Of a stretch of DNA of 64,000 nucleotides, positions 51,453-64,000 are shown piece by piece. Position numbers and translations under genes: made by a program. Source of the stretch: the human T2T-CHM13v2.0 reference genome, Homo sapiens; NCBI RefSeq assembly GCF_009914755.1, contig NC_060940.1; one strand, given 5' to 3'. Under the pieces are notes generated by a model. It ran no database searches. It had not been told where the DNA came from and saw nothing but the letters and a program-made list of their open reading frames with translations. Position 1 is the stretch's first letter; the number at the start of each line of letters is the position of its first letter.

Positions 51453-52404
51453 TAAACTTCTATTTTTAAATATCAAATTATTCCTATCATAATTTTTTAT
51501 TCCATTTTAATTTCCACTTCTCATGTCCATATCCATAACAACTTTAACATATTTCCATTTATTAAAAAAAACTCAACTTTCATCCTTATATAGCACTGAT
51601 ATCACACAGTAAAAAGCTGGTAAATCGAGGGCTTTTTCATATTTTACCAGTTATCTTGTTCTTACTTTAAAAATTACACTCAATTATTTAGAGAAAGATG
51701 TTCATCTCCATGTGGTTTATGATAGAAACAAAGGGAAACAATCAAAATATCTAATAACTGGAGATCTAGCTAAATAAAATACAGTACAATCCTACAATAG
51801 AATATTAGGAACCTAATTAAAATTGGCGATTACCAATTTTAGCCTATTAATGAGAATCTCTTCACCTAGTAATATCTGAGGTATAAAAGCAAGTGTCCCA
51901 GGGTGGCCCACGACACTTGAGGGAAAAATATGGGGTTACAAAAGCCAAGTCATTACATCTCAAGAGGGATAATTCTGCGGCACCATTCACTCCTCAGAGC
52001 TCCCTGGGGGATCAAGCTGAGGTTAGGCTTTTGAAACTTCATCTTTGCCTAGCTTCTATCCTTGCTCTTTTTCCTTCTTTTCTCATTTTCTTTTGAGAGC
52101 ACTCAATAAATCACTGCACAAGAATCTCTTTCTTGAGTTCTGCTTCTAAGGGGACCCACTGACCCAAAGAATCAGTGCACAGAAGTGATCCTAGAAAGCA
52201 GGCTCCAAGGCTGAGATTCTGGATCACTCACTGACTGGCTGGCTGTCAATGAGGACCCCAGAATTAGTGGTGTTTTTGGCATTCTGTAGCAGTAATGCAA
52301 CTGCTAAAACTTGAAAAAGGATGGAATAGATGTAGAAAATGCACTGGCTTGTGCCATACTTCCAGATTTAAGAGGAATGAGGAAAGTGGTAAGTATGTAA
52401 GTAT

Positions 52405-53019
52405 TGACATAAGAGTTGAAAATAAATTACTTAGGCAGATAGTGAGGGTATATTAGTCCTCGGTAAGGTTTTCCTTTTAATGAAAAGCAACCCCAAAATA
52501 ATTTTCTTTTCTAACAAAGAGCAACCTGTAAAATTAAGCTGCAGACATAAACAAGCAAGCAGAGTGAACGCAAGCTGTTGTGCCTACAGGAATATACTAC
52601 CTGGGACGAGACATGTTCAATATGGTGGCTCCATCTTCTCTTTTTGCCAGCCATGTGTATAGTAAGAAGCAGGCAAGATGGAGCTGGCCAAGTGAAAAGT
52701 CCATTTGCATAAGATTAGGGTGGGGCAACCAGCCTTCCCCACTGCTATGTAAACATCATACCTAGTCAAACCCATTTGTGAGCCCTACCTAAATGAGACA
52801 CTGCCTCCTCAAGCCTGCCTATAAAATCTGCTGCAGTCCTCCACTTTACCTTTTTCAGATGCCTCTCTCTTGCAAGAGAGAGTGAGCTGCTATCCTCCCT
52901 CCTTTCTTCTGCCTATTTAACTTTCTATTCCTTAACCCACCCACGTGTCCTTGTCCTTAATCCTCTTGGTGTGAGACAACGAACCCCAGGTATTTACCCC
53001 AGACAACAATGCCATTTCA
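52405..53019 (+). mobile_element. ERV1-class solo LTR (LTR28-like)
   Basis: TG...CA termini, TATA box cctataaaa, 4-bp TSD gtat. Confidence 0.8.
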
Positions 53020-53115
53020 GTATCACAGAATTGAATGGCTGTTATTAAGCACTCGTGATACTATGAAGAAAGGAAAGGATGATTAATCATCAATTCAAAA
53101 CAATGTGTGAAATTC

Positions 53116-53401
<286 letters not shown>

Positions 53402-53635
53402 AATGATGTGTGAAATTCTGAGATCTTCATCTCTAAGTTGTTTCATAGTAAATTATAATAAAAAATAAAATAAAATGCCTCAAAAGAGACATAGGAGGAT
53501 GTGATAATAAAGAGTCTTAACCCAAGCCTGTCTCACAGCAAGTTCACTGTGTTTAGAGACTAACCCAGAGATTATTTTCCCTGTTCCTAAACAAAAACTC
53601 AGAATATTTCTGTGGAGTATTAAAAAAAAAAAAGC

Positions 53636-56600
53636 GGGGGGTGGCCGGCAAGATGGCTGAACAGGAATAGCTCCGGTCTGCAGCTCCCAGGGAGATCAAT
53701 GTAGAAGGCGGGTGATGTCTGCATTTCCAACTGAGGTACCTGGCTCATCTCACTGGGACTGGTTAGACAATGGGTGCAGCCCATGGAGGGCGAGCGGAAG
53801 CAGGGTGGGGTGTCGCCTCACTTGGGAAGTGCAAGGGGTTGGGGAACTCCCTCCCCTAGCCAAGGGAAGCTGTGAGGGACTGTGCTGTGAGGAAGAGTGC
53901 ACTCTGGCCCAGATACTATGCTTTTCCCACAGTCTTCGCAACTCGCAGAGCAGGAGATTCCCTTGGGTACCTACACAACCAGGGCCCTGGGTTTCAAGCA
54001 CAAAACTGGTCGACCATTTGGGCAGACACCGAGCTAGCTGCAGGAGTTTTTTTTCACGCCCCAGTGGTGACTGGAACGCCCGTGAGACAGAACTGTTCAC
54101 TCCCATGGAAAGGGGGCTGAAGCCAGGGAGCCAAGTGGTCTAGCTCAGTGGATCCGACCCCGATGGAGCCCAGCAAGCTAAGATCCACTGGCTTGAAATT
54201 CTCACTGGCAGTACAGCAGTCTGAAGTCAACCTGGGACACTCAAGCTTGGTGGGGGGAGGGGCGACCACCATTTCTGAGGCTTGAGTAGCCGGTTTTCCC
54301 TTCACACTGTAAACAATGCCCCGGGAAGTTTGGACTGGGCAGAGCCCACCAGCACCACAAAGCCACCGTAGCCAGACTGCATCTCTAGATTCCTCCTCTC
54401 TGGGCAGGGCATCTCTGAAAGAAAGGCAGCAGCCCCAGTCAGGGGCTTATAGATAAAACTCCCATATCCCTGGGACAGAGCACCTGGGGGAAGGGGTGGT
54501 TGTGGGCACAGCTTCAGCAGACTTAAACATTCCTGCCTGCCACTGAAGAGAGCAGCAGACCTCCCAGGACAATGCTCGAGTTCTGCTAAGGGACAGACTG
54601 TCTCCTAAAGTGGGTCCCTGACCCCTGTGCCTCCTGACTGAGAGACACCTCCTAGCAGGGGTCAACAGACACTTCATACAGGAGACCTCTGGCTAGCATC
54701 TAGCGGGTGCCCCTCTGGGAGGAAACTTCCAGAGGAACGAACAGGCAGCAATCTTTGCTGTTCTGCAGCCTCCACTGGTGATACCCACGCAAAAAGGGTC
54801 TAGAGTGGACCTCCAGTAAACACCAGCAGACCTGCAGCAGAGGGGCCTGACTGTTAGAAGGAAAACTAACAAACAGAAAGGAACAGCATCAACATTGACA
54901 AAAAGGACATCCACACAGAAACCTCACCTGAAGGTCACCAACATCAAAGATCAAAGGTAGATAAATCCAGGAAGATGAGGAAAAACCAGCATAAAAAAGC
55001 CAAAAATTCCCAAAACCAGAACACCTCCTCTCCTCCAAAAGATCACAGCTCCTCGCCAGCAAGGGAACAAAACTGGACGGAGAACGAGTTTGAGGAATTG
55101 ACAGAAGATGGAGAACGAGTCTGAGGAATTGACAGAAGTAGGTTTCAGGAGGTGGGTAATAACAAACTCCTCTGAGCTAAAGGAGCGTGTTCTAACCCAA
55201 AGCAAGGAATCTAAGAACCTTGAAAAAAGGTTAGAGGAATTGTTAACTAGAATAACCAGTTTAGAGAAGAACATAAATGACCTGATGGAGCTGAAAAACA
55301 CAGCACAAGAACTTCATGAGGCATATACAAGTATCAATAGCTGAATCAATCAACTGGAAGAAAGAATATCAGAGATTGAAGATCAACTTAATGAAATGAA
55401 GTGTGAAGACAAGATTAGAGAAAAAAAAAAGAAACGGAACGAACAAAGCCTCCAAGAAATATGGGACTATGTGAAAAAACCAAACCTACGTTTGATTGGT
55501 GTACCTGAAAGTGACAGGGAGAATGGAACCAAGTTGAAAAACACTCTTCAGGATATTATCCAGGAAAACTTCCCCAATCTAAAAAGACAGGCCAATATTC
55601 AAATTCAGGAAAAATACAGAACACCATAAAGATACTTCTCGAGAAGAGCAATCCCAAGACACATAATCATCAGATTTACCAAGGTTGAAATGAAGGAAAA
55701 AATGTTAAGGGCAGCCAGAGAGAAAGATTGGGTTACCCACAAAGGGAAGCCCATCAGACTAACAGTGGGTCTCTTGGAAGAAACCCTACAAACCAGAGGA
55801 GAGTGGGGGCCAATATTCAACATTCTTAAAGAAAAGAATTTTCAACCTAGAATTTCATATCCAGCCAAACTAAGCTTCATAAGTGAAGGAGAAATAAGAT
55901 TGTTTACAGACAAGCAAATGCTGAGAGGTTTTGTCACCACCAGGCCTGCCTTATAAGAGCTCCTGAAGGAAGCACTAAATATGTAAAGGAAAAATCGGTA
56001 CCAGCCACTGCAAAAACATACCAAATTGTAAAGACCATAGACACTATGAAGAAACTGTATCAACTAACGGGTTAAATAATCAGCTAGCATCATCATGATA
56101 GGATCAAATTCACACATAACAATATTAAACTTAAGTATAAGTGGGCTACATGCCCCAATTAAAAAACACAGACTGGCAAATTGGAAAAAGAGTCAAGACC
56201 AATCGGTGTGCCGTATTCAGAGGACCCGTTGCACATGCAAAGATACACATAGGCTCAAAATAAAGGAATGGAGGAATATTTACCAAGCAAATGGAAAGCA
56301 AAAAAAAGCAGGGGTTGCAATCCTAGTCTCTGATAAAACAGACTTTAAACCAACAAAGATAAAAAATGACAAACAAGGCATTACATAATGGTAAAGGAAT
56401 CAATGCAACAAGAAGAGCTAACTATCCTAAATATATATGCATCCAATATAGGAGTACTCAGATTCATCAAGCAAGTTCTTAGAGACCTGCAAAGAGACTT
56501 AGACTCCCACACAATAATATTGGGAGACTTTAACACCCCACTGTCAATATTAGACAGATCAATGAGAGAGAAAATTAACAAGGACATTCAGGACTTTAAC

Positions 56601-59600
56601 TCAGCTCTGGACCAAGCAGACCTAACAGACATCTACAGAACTCTCCACCCTAAAACAACAGAATATACATTCTTCTCAGCATCACATCACACTTATTCTA
56701 AAATTGACCACATAATTGGAAATAAAACACTCCTCAGCAAATGCAAAAGAATGGAAATCATAAAAAACAATCTCTCAGACCACAGTGCAATCAAATTAGA
56801 ACTCAGGATTAAGAAAGTCACTCAAAACCGCACAACTACATGGAAACTGAACAAACTGCTCCTGAATGACTACTGGGTAAATAATGAAATGAAGGCAAAA
56901 ATAAATAAGTTCTTTGAAAGCAATGAGAACAAAGACACAATGTACCAGAATCTCTAGGATACAGCGAAAGCAGTGTTAAGAGGGAAATTTATAGCACTAA
57001 ATTTGTCCACAGGAGAAAGCAGCAAAGATCTAAAATCAACACCCTAACATTAAAGTTAAAAGAACTAGAGAAGCAAGAGCAAACAAATTCAAAAGCTAGC
57101 AGAGGACAAGAAATAACTAAGATCAGAGCAGAACTGAAGGAGATAGAGACACAAAAACCTCTTCAAAAAAAAATCAGTGAATCCAGAGCCTGGTTTTTTG
57201 AAAAGATTAACAAAATAGACCGCTAGCCAGACTAATAAAGAAAAGAGAGAAGAATCAAATAGACACAATAAAAAATGATAAAGGGATATCACTACTGATC
57301 CCACAGAAATACAAACTACCATCAGAGAATACTATAAACACCTCTACGCAAATAAACTAGAAAATCTACAAGAAATGGATAAATTCTTGGACACATACAC
57401 CTTCCCAAGTCTAAACCAGGAAGAAATCGAATCCCAGAACAGACCAATAACAAGTTCTGAAATTGAAGCAGTAATTAATAGCCTACCAACGAAAAAATGC
57501 CCAGGACCAGACGGATTCACAGCCAAATTCTACCAGAGGTACAAAGAGGAGCCGGTACCATTCCTTCTGAAACTATTCCAAACAATAGAAAAAGAGGGAC
57601 TCCTAACTCATTTTATGAGGCCAGCATCATCCTGGTTCTAAAACCTGGCAGAGACACAATAAAAAAAGAATTTCAAGCCAATATCCCTGATGAACATCGA
57701 TGCGAAAATCCTGAATAAAATACTGGCAAACCAACTCCAGCAGCACATCAAAAAGCTTATCCACCACAATCAAGTCGGCTTCATCCTTGGGATGCAGGGC
57801 CAGTTCAACATACGCAAATCAATAAACGTAACCCATCACATGAACGGAACCAATGACAAAAACCACATGATTATCTCAATGAATACAGAAAAGGCCTTTG
57901 ACAAAATCCAACAGCCCTTCATGCTAAAAACTCTCAATAAACTAGGTATTGATGGAACATATCTCAAAGTAATAAGAGCTATTTATGACAAACCCATGGC
58001 CAATATCATACTGAATGGGCAAAAACTGGAAGCGTTCCCTTTGAAAACTGGCACAAGACAGGGATGCCCTCTCTCACCACTCCTATTCAATATAGTATTG
58101 GAAGTTCTGACCAGGGTAATCAGGCAAGAGAAAGAAGTAAAGGTATTCAAATAGGAAGACAGCAAGGCAAATTCTCTCTGTTTGCAGAAGACATGATTGT
58201 CTTTTTAGAAAACCCCATCGTCTCAGCCCCAAATCTCCTTAAGCTGATAAGCAACTTCAGCAAAGTCTCAGGATACAAAATCAATGTGCAAAAGTCACAA
58301 GCATTCCTATACACCAATAATAGACAAACAGAGAGCCAAATCATGAGTGAACTCCCATTCACAATTGCTACAAAGAGAATAAAATACCTAGGAATCCAAC
58401 TTACAAGGGATGTGAAGGACCTCTTCAAGGAGAACTACAAACCTCTGCTCAAGGAAATGAGAGGACACAAACAAATGGAAAAACATTCCATGATCATGGA
58501 TACGAAGAATCAATATTGTGAAAATGGCCATACTGCCCAAAGTAATTTATAGATTCAGTGGTATCCCCATCAAGCTACCATTGACTTTCTTCACAGAATT
58601 AGAAAAAAACTACATTAAATTTCATATGAACCAAAAAAGAGCCCATATAGCCAAGACAATCCTAAGCAAGAAGAACAAAGCTGGAGGCATCATGCTACCT
58701 GACTTCAAACTATACTACAAGGCTACAGTAACCAAAACAGCATGGTACTGGTACCAAAACAGATATATAAGACCAATGGAGCAGAACAGCGGCCTCAGAA
58801 ATGCCACACATCTACAACCATCTGATCTTTGACAAACCTGATAAAAACCAGCAATGGGGAAATGATTCCCTATTTAATAAATGGTGGGAAAACTGGATAG
58901 CCACATGCAGAAAACAGAAACTGGATCCCTTCCTACTTACACCTTATACAAAAAATTAACTCAAGATGGATTAAAGACTTAAATGTAAGACCTAAAACCA
59001 TAAAACCCTAGAAGCAAACCTAGGCAATACCGTTCAGGACACAGGCATGGGCAAAGACTTCATGACTAAAACACCAAAAGCAATGGCAACAAAAGCCAAA
59101 ACTGACAAATGGGATCTAATTAAACTAAAGAGCTTTTGCACAGCAAAAGAAACTATCAACAGAGTGAATAGGCAACCTAAAGAATGGGAGAAAATTTTTG
59201 GAATCTATCCATCTGACAAAGGGCTAATATCCAGAATCTACAAAGAACTTAAACAAATTTACAAGAAAAAAAACAAACAACCCCATCAAAAAGTGGGCGA
59301 AGGATATGAACAGACACTTCTCAAAAGAGGACATTTATGTGGCCAACAAACATATGAAAAAAAGCTCATCATCACTGATCATTAGAGAAATGTAAATCAA
59401 AACCACAATGAGATACCATCTCATGCCAGTTAGAATGGCGATCATTAAAAAGTCAGGAAACAACAGATGCTGGAGAGGATGTAGAGAAATAGGAATGTTT
59501 TTACACTGCTGGTGGGACTGTAAATTAGTTAAACCATTGTGGAAGACAGTGTGGCGATTCCTCAAGGATCTAGAACCAGAAATACCATTTGATCCAGCAA

Positions 59601-60121
59601 TCCCATTACTGGGTATATACTCAAAGGATTACATATCATTCTACTATAAAGACACATGCACACGTATGTTTATTGCAGCCCTGTTCACGATAGCAAAGAC
59701 TTGGAACCAACCCAAATGCCCATCAGTGATAGACTGGATAAAGAAAATGTGGCACATATACACCATGGAATACTATGCAGCCGTAAGAAAGGATGAGTTC
59801 ATGTCCTTTGCAGGGACATGGATGAAGCTAGAAACCATCATTCTCAGCAAACTAACACAGGCACAGAAAACCAAACACCGCATGTTCTCACTCATAAGTG
59901 GGAGTTGAACAATGAGAACACATGGACACAGCAAGGGGAACATCACACACTGGGGCCTGTCACCGGGTGGGGGGCTAGGAGAGGGCTAGCATTAGGAGAA
60001 ATACCTAATGTAGATGACGAGTTGATGGGTGCAGCAAACCACCATGGCACGTGTATACCTATGTAACAAACCTGCACGTTCTGCACATGTATACCAAAAC
60101 TTAAAGTATAATAAAAACAAA
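53636..60121 (+). mobile_element. Full-length L1PA (approx. PA7-8); ORF1 and ORF2 disrupted
   Basis: 5'UTR with YY1 site caagatggc, ORF1 from ~54976, ORF2 from 56095 (MIGSNSHITILNL), 3'UTR and tail; many stops and frameshifts. Confidence 0.97.
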
Positions 60122-60325
60122 AAACAAAACTAGAATGGACATATTAGCGGTTGGTAGAACCCTTACCTTGGTGCCCTGACATGTGGAGTCAAAGCAAATA
60201 TAATTCATTAGTAAAGTTCCTAAAAATGTCCCATCCATTCCCAAGATAGTAAGTAAAAAATAGCATTGTATCCCTAAAGGATATGCAGAGATCAGACATA
60301 CCTTCAGAAATGTAAAGGATATAGG

Positions 60326-60772
60326 ATTAATGGTTAATTTTATATGTCAACTTGTCTGGGCCATGATGCCTAGACATTTCATCAAACACTATTCAGGATG
60401 TTTCTGAGAGAGTTACTGAATGAGATTTACATTCAAATTTGTGAGCTCTGAGTAATGTAGGTTGCCCTCCATAATGTGGGTGGGTCTTGTCCAATCAGGA
60501 GAAGGCCTGAATAGAACAAAAACTTGATTTCCCTGAAGCAAGAGGAATTCTCTCTCCTACGGCTTTCAGACCTCATTTGCACATCAATTCTTCCTGAATC
60601 TACAGTAGACTCCCGTTACAACTCTTTCTTGTATCTCCAGCCTATTGGGCTCCTCAATCAGATTTTAGACTGGCCAAGTCTCCACAATCACAGGAGCTAA
60701 TTCCTTAAAATAAATCTCTTTATAGATGCACATCTTATTGGTTTTGTTTCTCTGGAGAATTGTGAATAATAT
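60326..60772. mobile_element. MLT2-type solo LTR
   Basis: atggttaattttatatgtcaacttg ... gttttgtttctctggagaa. Confidence 0.85.
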
Positions 60773-61088
60773 AGGCAGGTAGTCCTCATCTCATCCCCAT
60801 TTAATTCACAAGTCAGATTTCTACAAAAACTGGATGAATTATGGCAGAAAACAATGAACTACCGTAATTTTAGCCAAACAGTAATACTGAATGTAGCTGT
60901 TGTGCCAGATGTGGTATTTAGTAAAGAAATCATAATTAGCAAATTAACACGGCCTTTGGTACATGGTGTGTATCTATTGATTTGGAGATTGCATTCTTTT
61001 CAATATCTATTCACAAGAAAGGTGAATCAGAGGAAGTATGCATTGAAAAAACAATATAATCTAATATATATAGAAAAATAATATATAG

Positions 61089-63589
61089 CAGGATTGTCAA
61101 AGCTTTATCTGTACAGGCCAGATAGTAAATATTTTAAGCTTAGTGAGTCAAGCGGCAAAATGGAGGATATGATAAAGGCACTTATTTGCATTATCCAAAA
61201 AATGCACATTTCCCAAACTTTTTATTGATGAAGTTCAAAACATATTATTTTAGTATAATTTTTTTGAAAATACAAGTCTCCTAATAAGAAGAGAATCCTT
61301 TTTGTGTGGAGATAACATTTTGCTAAAATGGGGGTACAAAGTCAGTGTTCCCAATTACTAAAATTAATTGTAAGGTACACCTGTTAAAGCTAATCTGTAA
61401 TGAGATTTTACACATTTAATCTTTGAAAATGTCCTTAACAAAGATGATACATATTACCAAATACTGACATCAGTCATGAGCATATGATATTAATTGAGCA
61501 TATTCATCAATTGGAAGGCATTCATAGAATTATATTAGATTCTTTTCTTGATAATTGCAGTTTAACATTTCATTACATTGTATATTAATCACTTTCAATT
61601 GACGGTTAGGTGGAAGCTCCTCAACCACAAAGTTAAATGGATTTTAAAACATGGAAATTTCCTTTGCACTTGAATCAAGTTCCAAAAACTCTTGCTGGAA
61701 CTGTAGGTTGAGCTTGGAAAATATACTCACTCCAAATTCATATGAAAATTATAGATCCCACTTCTTGTTCTCATTCAAACAATGTGAGTTAACATTGAAA
61801 TGACTCTACTGCAGCACATAACTGTGATTTGCTATTGAATTAATTAAAAAAATTATTAAGTCTGCAGCAAAAAATAAATTTCAAAGTCATTAATTTTCTA
61901 ACATATTGGTTGAGAGAGATTCTTCTTACTTAGAAAAGTTTCAGTCTTGGCCCTGAGCTCAAAAATTCAAAATAAAACTTTACAATTGCAAAGTCATTGA
62001 ACTTTTGTGTGGTAAATAAATTCAGGATAGCCGGCATCTCTTTTGGACAAAAATTCACAGAACAAATGATATTTAACTTGCAAAAGCAGTGAAGTTCACT
62101 GTTAACACTACTGGTTCAATAACACAAAAAAAGAGTTTCAAATATTTTCCACAAAATACCTGCTGATAAATAATACAATGAAAAACTATGGCTTTAACTA
62201 TGGCTTTTATAACTTTGTCCAACTAAGTCTTTTTCTGTTCCACATAAATCTTTACCACTGACAGTTTTAATACATCTTAGCAGATTCCACTTCAGGTTAT
62301 ACTAAGTTAATGTTTTTTATACATTTTGCCTGTAGTTGTCTCAAAGAGACTATTCAAGAGTCAAGAAAATCGACTGCCTTTTTCTTTTTTGCCTTGTTTT
62401 ATAATTGACCACTGGTGGTGTTCCCAGTGTCCTCAGTTTTCCTTATGGAAAGGCAAACAATCTTTTAAATGTTAATTTTCTTAGGATACATATCTTCAGC
62501 CACTACAACCAAACACAATTTAATTAACTCACTATCAGTAAATGATTTTCCTTGCCTGGCTAACAAAAGTACCACTTAGAAACTTACTTTGGTGTAGCCT
62601 CATTTACATTTTTTCGTTTTGTTTTGTTTTGAGACACGGTCTCACTCTGTCACCCAGGCTGGAGAGCAGTGGCTCAATCTTGCCTCACTGCAACCTCCAC
62701 CTCCTGGGTTCAAGTGATCCTCCCACCTCAGTCTCTCAAGTAGCTGGGATTACAGGCACATGCCACTATGCCTGGCTAACTTATTTTTCTGTATTTTTTA
62801 TAGAGATGGGCTTTTGCCGTGTTGCCCAGGCTGGTCTCAAACTCCTGGATTCAAGTGATCCACCTGTCTCAGTCTCTCAAAGTGTTGGGATTACAGGTGT
62901 GAGCCACCACACCCGGCCCATTTTTGTGTCTGTGTACGTGACTAAATTATGTTTCATGAGATATCCCATCTTACGTTTTCTACCTTTTCTGACCATTACT
63001 TTCTATGAGTTGAAAACATTGTGCTGAGAGCTTAGTCTGATAAAATTGACATATATTATTTTAGCATAGCTATAATGTCACCACATAATAAATACAATAC
63101 TTTGTCATCTAACTCAATAAAAAATTATCCACAGTCCATTGTGTCTTAAAAGTGTAACACTCAAATCCACTTTCTCTTTTCTTGATTTAACATAATGCAT
63201 ATTCACTGGTGATTTTTTAAAACATCACATGACAATGGTATGTGTGACTCTTGATATGTTATTAAGTTATGACTACATCACTGAGACTTGTAGTGTGCTG
63301 TGGAAGAGTGCAAATTGAGAAGAATGTCAACATAGTCTCCATCACAACTACTTTGCCCATTGTAGCAAAAAACCACCATAGACAATATGTAAACAAATGG
63401 GCATGAATGTGTTCTAATAAAATTTTATTTATGGACATTTAAACTTTACAAAATTTTCACATACCAGAAAATACTATTCTGATTTTTTTCAAACATTTAG
63501 AAGGTTTTTAAAAAAATTCTTAGCTCATGAGCTGCATAAAAAGAGGTCACAGGCCAGATTTGGCATGTGAAGCATAGTTTGCCTACTTG
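61089..63589. mobile_element. Cheshire-type hAT-Charlie element (MER58-like ends) with AluJ at 62608-62919 (-)
   Basis: MER58-like termini (ggccagatagtaaatatttt; ggccagatttggc...tagtttgcctacttg), ~2.2 kb excluding the Alu, degenerate 8-bp TSD atatatag/acatatac. Confidence 0.75.
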
Positions 63590-64000
63590 ACATATACTGT
63601 CATGGTCCTGCTCCCCAGACTATGTTAATTCTGCCATCACAATATAGTCAAAAGGGACCTGAACTATCTGAACATTTCATGTAACATGATATTGGTCCAC
63701 TATGTTGATGGCATCATATTCATCAAGCCTTATTCACCAAAAGTACCAAATATACTGGATAACTTAGCAGAAAAAAATGTACTCCAAGCAGCAAGAGACA
63801 AAACACAAAGATAGAGAATCCTGCCCCAATGATAAGGGTTTCAGGGGTCCAGTAGCATAGAACATGCTGGATCTCTTCTCCAAATTAGAAAAATGTATTG
63901 CACTTTGTACTTCCAACACTAATGAAAATGTATAAAATGTGGTAAACTTCTTCAGAACAGATGCAGTATTTGAGAATACTGCTCTGACCCACTATCAGTA

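Noticed and set aside
54976-59908. L1 ORF1/ORF2 as an active retrotransposon
   Set aside because: Multiple stops and frameshifts; not retrotransposition-competent.

Overview
AT-rich primate genomic DNA, most likely human (it carries a young SVA). More than half is interspersed repeat: about 22 Alu/FLAM copies, a full-length L1PA, truncated L1PA/L1M pieces, an SVA, Tigger1, MER2, MER1B, a Cheshire-type hAT, MLT2/MER21/ERV1 solo LTRs and a decayed ERVL-class provirus. I see no intact cellular protein-coding gene; the long ORFs in the track derive from L1, Tigger, Alu or SVA. The main non-obvious signal is in the unique sequence between repeats: about 20-25 plus-strand exon-like segments from ~1.9 kb to ~48.7 kb, including a 12-nt micro-exon. 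They have splice signals and mostly compatible phases, and the spliced translation repeatedly shows C2-domain-like motifs but is broken by stops and frameshifts. This is a candidate decayed multi-exon (unitary) pseudogene that I cannot name. The reconstruction is by eye and the reading frame is ambiguous in several exons. Other notable items are an SVA with a short 3' transduction, an Alu-L1 fusion inside one TSD, an RFX X-box and local fold-back duplications. Repeat subfamily names come from recall of consensus sequences, and boundaries are approximate unless a TSD is quoted.
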